Below are positions 58,572-64,000 of a stretch of 64,000 bases of DNA, in pieces. The position numbers were made by a program, and so were the translations under genes. Source of the stretch: an uncultured Acidobacteriota bacterium (lineage in GTDB: Bacteria; Acidobacteriota; Thermoanaerobaculia; Gp7-AA8); assembly GCA_963822445.1 (NCBI GenBank), contig CAWGHO010000003.1, positions 1,632,001 to 1,696,000 on the forward strand, read 5' to 3'. How positions within the stretch are numbered: position 1 is the stretch's first letter; each line of letters starts with the position of its first letter. The notes below the pieces were generated by a model. It worked only from the letters and a program-made list of their open reading frames with translations, was not told where the DNA came from and made no database searches.

Positions 58572-59399
58572 ATGGACGTTCAACGGATTGCTGCATTCTC
58601 GGATGGCGATGCCGGCGGAAACCCCGCCGGCGTCGTGATCGCCGATGCGTTTCCCGCGGAAGCGGAGATGCGGCGGATCGCGGCGGACGTCGGCTTTTCC
58701 GAAACCGCCTTCGCGGTTTCGATCGCCGATGGCTGGCGGGTGCGTTACTTCTCGCCCGAATCGGAAGTGCCGTTCTGCGGCCACGCCACGATCGCGCTCG
58801 GCGCTGCATTGGCCCTGCGGTTCGGTGACGGCGTGTACACGCTGACGCTGAACGAAGCCCGCATCACCGTCGAAGGACGTGCGAGCGGAGGCCTGGTCGA
58901 AGCGGCGCTGCAGTCCCCGCCGACGCGCGGCGTTCCCGCGCAGCCGTGGCTCATCGAAGACGCGCTGGAGCTCTTCGGGTTATCGGAAGACGATCTCGAT
59001 CCGCGCATTCCGCCGGCGATCGTGCATGGCGGGGCGGATCATCTGCTTCTCGCCCTCCGCGACCGCGCCACTCTGGCATCGATGCGTTATGACCTCGACG
59101 CCGGCCGCATCCTGATGAACCGCGATGGGCTGGTCACGATCGTTCTTGCGTACGCCGAAACGCCGCAACTCTTTCACACGCGCAATGCCTTCGCGTCCGG
59201 CGGCGTCTACGAAGATCCCGCGACAGGCGCCGCCACGGCCGCTCTGGCCGGCTACCTCCGCGACATCGGCTGGCCGCACGGCGGCCACATCGACGTCGTG
59301 CAGGGCGAAGACATGGGCATGCGCTCGCGGTTGCGCGCGGAGATTCCGGCCGAAAAGGGCAGCTCGATCAGGGTCTCGGGCACGGCGCGGCGCATGTGA
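58572..59399 (+). CDS. PhzF-family isomerase
   Basis: AF....GGNPAGVV, SETAF, RYFSP..EVPFCGHAT, EDPATGAA, QG..MG. Confidence 0.93.
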   Translation: MDVQRIAAFSDGDAGGNPAGVVIADAFPAEAEMRRIAADVGFSETAFAVSIADGWRVRYFSPESEVPFCGHATIALGAALALRFGDGVYTLTLNEARITVEGRASGGLVEAALQSPPTRGVPAQPWLIEDALELFGLSEDDLDPRIPPAIVHGGADHLLLALRDRATLASMRYDLDAGRILMNRDGLVTIVLAYAETPQLFHTRNAFASGGVYEDPATGAATAALAGYLRDIGWPHGGHIDVVQGEDMGMRSRLRAEIPAEKGSSIRVSGTARRM

Positions 59400-59465
59400 C
59401 GCGGATCGCGTTCGCGGCAGCCGTACGCGCATCAGCGCAGCAACCAGCGCCGCCGGCCGTGCCGG

Positions 59466-61082
59466 CTAGATCGCGTTGACGATCTCCTCGTCCAGCCCCT
59501 TCCACTTGCGCAGGTACTCGCGGCGGTCGGTGTTGTACTTGGCGACGAGTTGCTTGTACTCGTCGAGCCTCCCCTGCCGCTCGTACATCGCTTTCGGCTG
59601 CAGGTAGTCCATGTCCTCGATGCCCGGTACTTCCGTGGCCACGAGGTAACCGAAGTCCGGATCGACGGCCCACTTGATCATCCCCTCGGCGATCGCCTTG
59701 ACCACCGCCGACGAGTGCTGGATCTTCACCTTCTTCGACCCTTCCGCCTTCCCGTCTCCGCCGATCGCGCCGGTGTTCATCAGGTAGACGTCCATCGGGC
59801 TTTCCTTCATCAGCTCGTTCATCCGGTTGCCCTGCAGCGCGTGCAGCAGCGGGAAGAACGGGTTCGTGCCCGGCACGCGCAGCGACTTGCCCGCTTCCGC
59901 GGCGCCGCCGGCGCTGGTGCCCTTGGTCTCGCCGAGCATGAAGTACGCGGCTGCCAGCGGCCCTTCCAGCTTCACCACCGCGGGGATGATGTTCTCGTTG
60001 CGATTGAGGATCAGCAGGAAGTCGACCTTCGTCACCTCACGCGCGTCCGCGGCACCGGCGATGTCCTCCATCCGGATGACGGCGCGCCCATTCGGCGTGT
60101 AGGACGTGTCGAAGTAATCGATCTTGCCGTCGTCGCTCTGGGAGACGTTCTCGAGATACGCGTGCTTCGACGCGCAGGCGTGGTAGATCGTCGGCTCATC
60201 GTTCGGATTCAGGCCGAAAGTCTTCGCGAAGCAGCCGTTCTCCGTCGCGTACACCTTGCCGCCGGGCATCAGCGCGCAGAAGTCGTCCTGCACCGGCTGC
60301 GATTCGTTCTGCTTGGTGAACGTCGTCGTGGTCTTGCCCGTGCCGGAGAGGCCGACGATCAACCCGACGCGCTTGGCGCCGTTTTCGGCAGGGCCGACGG
60401 GAATCACCTTGCAGCCCGCGTGCAGCGCCAGACCACCGCGCTCGTACACGAGCTTGTTCCACATCCGCAGCCCGCCCTTCTTCGACTCGCCGAAGTAATC
60501 GGAGTTGAAGACGCGGGTGATGTAGCTCTCGAGGTCCACCGCGATCAAACGCTCGTCCGGATATCCCTCGGCCTTCAGATTCGGCGTGTAGATGACCGTC
60601 AGCGCCGGCTCGAAGCTCTCCAGCTCCTCGGGCGTGGCCGGGTAATAGAGGATGTGCTGCATCGCGGCGATGTTGGCGTTCGCCTTCTCGATGATCAGGC
60701 GCGTCGGAACGCGGAAGGCCGGATCGTTTCCGATGAAGCCCTCGATGGCGAGCATGTCCTGCTGCCGGATGTAGTCATCCTGAATTTTCGCGATGCGCGC
60801 GTACTCGGCGCGGCTGATGGTCTGGTCGGAATGATGCTCCGGAGTATCGGTGGCGATGAACGTCGACATCTTCGAGCGCGACACCACGCGGGTGGCCACA
60901 TTGAGGTTGCCGAACTCCGTCGCGCGCGCATTGGGCATCTGCTCCGCGAACGACCTGAGCTGCTCGGGCGTCGGGTTCCAGACGATCGATTTCGGCTCGA
61001 CCGGAAGCGTCTTCTGCTGCTTCTCAGAACGGGCGGCAGGCCGCACGGAAGGCGTTGGCGTGGCGGTCACCAGGTCAGTCAT
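59466..61082 (-). CDS. pckA: Phosphoenolpyruvate carboxykinase (ATP)
   Basis: YFGESKKG, LHAGC, GLSGTGKTT, QDD, ENGCFAKT, LENV, NGRA, YLMNTG. Confidence 0.88.
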   Translation of the reverse strand: MTDLVTATPTPSVRPAARSEKQQKTLPVEPKSIVWNPTPEQLRSFAEQMPNARATEFGNLNVATRVVSRSKMSTFIATDTPEHHSDQTISRAEYARIAKIQDDYIRQQDMLAIEGFIGNDPAFRVPTRLIIEKANANIAAMQHILYYPATPEELESFEPALTVIYTPNLKAEGYPDERLIAVDLESYITRVFNSDYFGESKKGGLRMWNKLVYERGGLALHAGCKVIPVGPAENGAKRVGLIVGLSGTGKTTTTFTKQNESQPVQDDFCALMPGGKVYATENGCFAKTFGLNPNDEPTIYHACASKHAYLENVSQSDDGKIDYFDTSYTPNGRAVIRMEDIAGAADAREVTKVDFLLILNRNENIIPAVVKLEGPLAAAYFMLGETKGTSAGGAAEAGKSLRVPGTNPFFPLLHALQGNRMNELMKESPMDVYLMNTGAIGGDGKAEGSKKVKIQHSSAVVKAIAEGMIKWAVDPDFGYLVATEVPGIEDMDYLQPKAMYERQGRLDEYKQLVAKYNTDRREYLRKWKGLDEEIVNAI

Positions 61083-61170
61083 GAGAGATCCTCTTTCGGG
61101 TGGTTTTAAATCTGGATTTTCGACGCAAGGATCGCGCCGTCTTGCCGGAGGCGGCGGATTTTACAGCAAA

Positions 61171-62193
61171 ATGGCGGCGATGCCGAAGCGCCACCTGCAC
61201 CGCGCCGCACACCTGCTCGAGAGAGGGATCGACCGCCGTTTCCGAGGCCGGCCCGGCAAGCTCGTGATCAGTGCCTATCGAGGTTTCGGACGTTCCGACG
61301 AGATGCTCCTTCGAGGACGCATGCTCATGGAAAGGCCCGTGACGCGGGCCCGCGAGGCGGAGTCGCTCTGGCGCAACCTCCTCAACACCTACCACCGCTT
61401 TCAAAGCGATGAAGTCGCGGGCGCGAAGGTGCGTGCGTCCTACCGCGACGCCGTCGTGGAAACCGTCAGCGACGACGAGGGGCACTTCCAGGTCCGCCTG
61501 CAGCCGCGCGAGATGGCCGAGCACACGCTGTGGCATCAGGCGGCGATCGAGCTTCCGGACGGCGGCGTTTCCGCGATCGCCGAGGTGATGATTCCGTCGG
61601 ACGCGGCGAAGTTCGGCATCATCAGCGACATCGACGACACCATCGTCCAGACCAACGCCACGAGTCTGCTTCGAATGGTGAAGTCGATCGTCAACAACGC
61701 CGCGGCAAGGCTCCCATTCGAAGGAGTGTCCGAGCTCTATCAGGCCCTGCACGCCGGTCACAATCCGATCTTTTACGTCTCCAGCAGTCCGTGGAACCTG
61801 TACGAGTTGCTCAGCGACTACATGGACATCAACCGGATCCCGCACGGACCGATGTTCCTGCAGGACTGGGGCATCGACGAAAAGACGCTGATCCTCGCCT
61901 CGCACACGGAGCACAAGCTCGCGCAGATTCAGGCGGTCGTCGATTACTACCCGAAGCTGCGGTTCGTGCTCATCGGCGACAGCGGCCAGCACGATCCGGA
62001 GATCTACCTCCAGGTCATCCGCGCGCATCCTGGCCGCGTCATCGCCGTCTTCATCCGCGACGTCACGCCGGACGTGCGCGACAAGGGCGTGGCCCAGATC
62101 GCGAACGAGATGAAGGACCTTGGTGTTGAGATGATTTATGTGAAGGACTCGCACGAGGCCCTCACGCACGCCCGACGATTGGAGCTGGTATGA
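61171..62193 (+). CDS. App1-family phosphatidate phosphatase (DUF2183)
   Basis: IISDIDDTI, FYVSSSPWNLY, GPMFL.DW, FVLIGDSGQHDPEIY; start 61171 or 61180. Confidence 0.88.
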   Translation: MAAMPKRHLHRAAHLLERGIDRRFRGRPGKLVISAYRGFGRSDEMLLRGRMLMERPVTRAREAESLWRNLLNTYHRFQSDEVAGAKVRASYRDAVVETVSDDEGHFQVRLQPREMAEHTLWHQAAIELPDGGVSAIAEVMIPSDAAKFGIISDIDDTIVQTNATSLLRMVKSIVNNAAARLPFEGVSELYQALHAGHNPIFYVSSSPWNLYELLSDYMDINRIPHGPMFLQDWGIDEKTLILASHTEHKLAQIQAVVDYYPKLRFVLIGDSGQHDPEIYLQVIRAHPGRVIAVFIRDVTPDVRDKGVAQIANEMKDLGVEMIYVKDSHEALTHARRLELV

Positions 62194-62699
62194 ACGACCT
62201 GATTCTCGAGGCGCTCCGCCTCCGCATCACCCGCGTTTTCCCCGCACAGATCCGCGCCGCGATCGCGCCGCTCACCGAGGAACAGATGTGGTGGCGGCCG
62301 AACGAGTCCTCGAACTCGATCGCGAACCTCGTCATCCACCTCACCGGCTCGCTCAATCACTTCCTGAACCGCAACCTCGGCGGCGTCGACTTCACCCGCG
62401 ATCGCCCCGCTGAATTCAGCGAGCGCAGCGAGCGGCCGAAGTCCGAAGTCCTGGCCGCGTTCGACGCCATGATCGCCACCGCCGAAGAAACGTTCTCGAA
62501 GCTGACGGCCGCGCAACTCGCCGATCCCTCACCCGAGCCGAAGCTGAACGCGAACATCTTCGAAGATCTCCTCGGCATCGCCGTCCACATCTCCAATCAC
62601 GCCGGCCAGATCGTCTGGATCGCGAAGATGCTGCAGGAAGGCTCCGTCGACGAGGTCTGGATCAAGACCCATCGCTCGGAAGGAGCCTGGAAGCGATGA
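62190..62699 (+). CDS. DinB-superfamily protein (DUF1572-like)
   Basis: WWRPNESSNSIANLVIHLTG, RDRPAEF, H...HAGQI. Confidence 0.85.
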   Translation: MNDLILEALRLRITRVFPAQIRAAIAPLTEEQMWWRPNESSNSIANLVIHLTGSLNHFLNRNLGGVDFTRDRPAEFSERSERPKSEVLAAFDAMIATAEETFSKLTAAQLADPSPEPKLNANIFEDLLGIAVHISNHAGQIVWIAKMLQEGSVDEVWIKTHRSEGAWKR

Positions 62700-63625
62700 C
62701 GCGGATCGCCGTGGTCGGCGCGGGCGGCGTCGGAGGCTACTTCGGCGGCCGTTTGGCGAAGGCCGGCCTCGACGTCACGTTCATCGCCCGCGGCGCGACG
62801 CTCGAGGCGCTGCGGACGAAGGGCCTGCGCGTCGAGAGCATCAACGGCGATTTCACGATCGAATCCGTGAAAGCGACGGACGATTGCGAGACGGCGGGGC
62901 AGTTCGACGCGATTCTGATGACGGTGAAGTCGTGGCAGATTTACGACGCCGCGGTGCGCCTCGTGCCGATGGTCGGTCCGGACACAGTGGTGATTCCGCT
63001 GGAAAACGGCGTCGACGCTCCCGACGTCCTCGCCACGATCCTCGGCGCCCCACACGTCCTCGGCGGTCTCTGCGGCATCGTCAGTTTCGTCGTGGAGCCG
63101 GGGCACATTCGCCACGCGGCATCCGAGCCGTTCGTGATGTTCGGGGAACTCGACAACCGTCGCACCGCGCGCGTGGAGCGTCTCCGCGAGCTGTTCGTGA
63201 GCGCCGGAGTAAAAGCGGACATCCCGCAGGACATCCACCGCTCGATGTGGAGCAAGTTCCTGTTCATCGCCTCGCTGAGCGGCATCGGCGCATTGACGCG
63301 TGTGCCGATCGGCGAATGGCGAACCGTGCCCGAAGTGCGCCTGATCGTCGATCGCTCGCTGCGCGAAGTGGTTGCGGTCGCCGAGGCACGAGGAATCGAC
63401 CTCGGCACGGACGCTCTCGAACGAACCTGGCAGCACTACGACGCACTCGCCGCCGCGTCGACATCGTCGCTGCAGCGGGACATGATGGAGGGCAAGCCGT
63501 CCGAGCTCGACGCGCAACTCGGCGCGGTGGTGCGGTTCGCGCGGGAGAGCGGCGTCGCGACGCCCGTGACCGAGGTGCTCTACCACCTGCTTCTGCCGCA
63601 AGAGCGTCGCGCTCGCGGGGGGTAG
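62696..63625 (+). CDS. panE: 2-dehydropantoate 2-reductase
   Basis: VVGAGGVGGYFG, VKSWQ, PLENG, MWSKF, SSLQRD...GKPSELD. Confidence 0.9.
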   Translation: MTRIAVVGAGGVGGYFGGRLAKAGLDVTFIARGATLEALRTKGLRVESINGDFTIESVKATDDCETAGQFDAILMTVKSWQIYDAAVRLVPMVGPDTVVIPLENGVDAPDVLATILGAPHVLGGLCGIVSFVVEPGHIRHAASEPFVMFGELDNRRTARVERLRELFVSAGVKADIPQDIHRSMWSKFLFIASLSGIGALTRVPIGEWRTVPEVRLIVDRSLREVVAVAEARGIDLGTDALERTWQHYDALAAASTSSLQRDMMEGKPSELDAQLGAVVRFARESGVATPVTEVLYHLLLPQERRARGG

Positions 63626-63632
63626 GGCTCAA

Positions 63633-63779
63633 AGTCTATCCTTCGGCCCGCAGGGCCGGAGGATCTCCGGTTACACCGGGTCCATGTGGCCTAACGTGTA
63701 GCGTCTTTGGGTCCGGCCGTCGCGGTGTAACCGTTGATCCTCCGCGCCCCCCACCCACCGCCCGCGCGAAGGATAGACT
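63633..63779. repeat. MITE/REPIN-like element, copy 2
   Basis: AGTCTATCCTTCG...GGATCTCCGGTTACACCG ... CGGTGTAACCG..GATCC...CGAAGGATAGACT; shares termini and an 18-mer with 35948-36098. Confidence 0.8.
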
Positions 63780-63804
63780 CGAGAATGTCATACCATCCGC
63801 GCGC

Positions 63805-64000
63805 GTGAATCACCCGGCAATAGAAGAAGCCAAGCGAGTCCTCGAGGTTGAAGCGGCGGCCATCCTCGGCCTCGTCGAGCATCTCGATCAGCACTTCGTC
63901 GATGCCGTCGAGCTCATTGCCACCTGCAACGGGCGGGTCGTGACGATGGGCGTCGGCAAGTCCGGGATCATCTGCAAGAAGATCAGCGCGACCCTCGCTT
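63805..64000 (+). CDS. kdsD: KpsF/GutQ arabinose-5-phosphate isomerase (5' part, runs off the window)
   Basis: Translated by hand from GTG 63805: ...AKRVLEVEAAAI...FVDAVELIATCNGRVVTMGVGKSGIICKKISATLA. Confidence 0.9.
   Translation, partial: MNHPAIEEAKRVLEVEAAAILGLVEHLDQHFVDAVELIATCNGRVVTMGVGKSGIICKKISATLA

Noticed and set aside
61135-61157. GC hairpin between divergent pckA and the App1 gene
   Set aside because: Single short stem with no supporting context; no function can be assigned

Overview
High-GC bacterial chromosomal segment. Gene content and order suggest Acidobacteriota, probably Thermoanaerobaculia (inference). It is mostly housekeeping. The first half runs recG'-trpS-scpAB-rluB-cmk-rpsA-sppA-ihf-HIT-lpxB-msbA, DUF374-yicC-gmk-rpoZ-coaBC-udg-priA, accA-recJ and lptC/A-lptB-rpoN-hpf-hprK-rapZ-PTS(EIIA/HPr/EI). 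The second half carries miaB, parAB, an acyl-CoA ligase, a two-gene methionine-pathway operon, a fused lptF-lptG, a BNR propeller protein, a Ser/Thr kinase, pckA, panE and kdsD'. No rRNA, tRNA, CRISPR, transposase or integrase was recognised. About 13 single-base indels break msbA, priA, accA, recJ, lptC/A and lptB between 11.4 and 30.5 kb, most likely assembly errors. Main discoveries: (1) an unannotated 20-codon leader ORF with three consecutive Met codons (47372-47434), with its own sigma70 promoter and an anti-SD, upstream of the cystathionine synthase/lyase + homoserine dehydrogenase operon, i.e. a candidate methionine-sensing ribosome-mediated attenuator; (2) a family of period-8 tandem-repeat inverted arrays (GTYNNNRR x3-4 ... 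ACYYNNNR x4) with conserved architecture but a different unit at each locus, one copy enclosing a whole cargo gene; (3) an inserted two-gene module with a secreted 10-Cys peptide and a large beta-sandwich-repeat protein; (4) two further palindromic repeat families; (5) a recurring -10 box 6-9 nt before start codons, suggesting many leaderless mRNAs.
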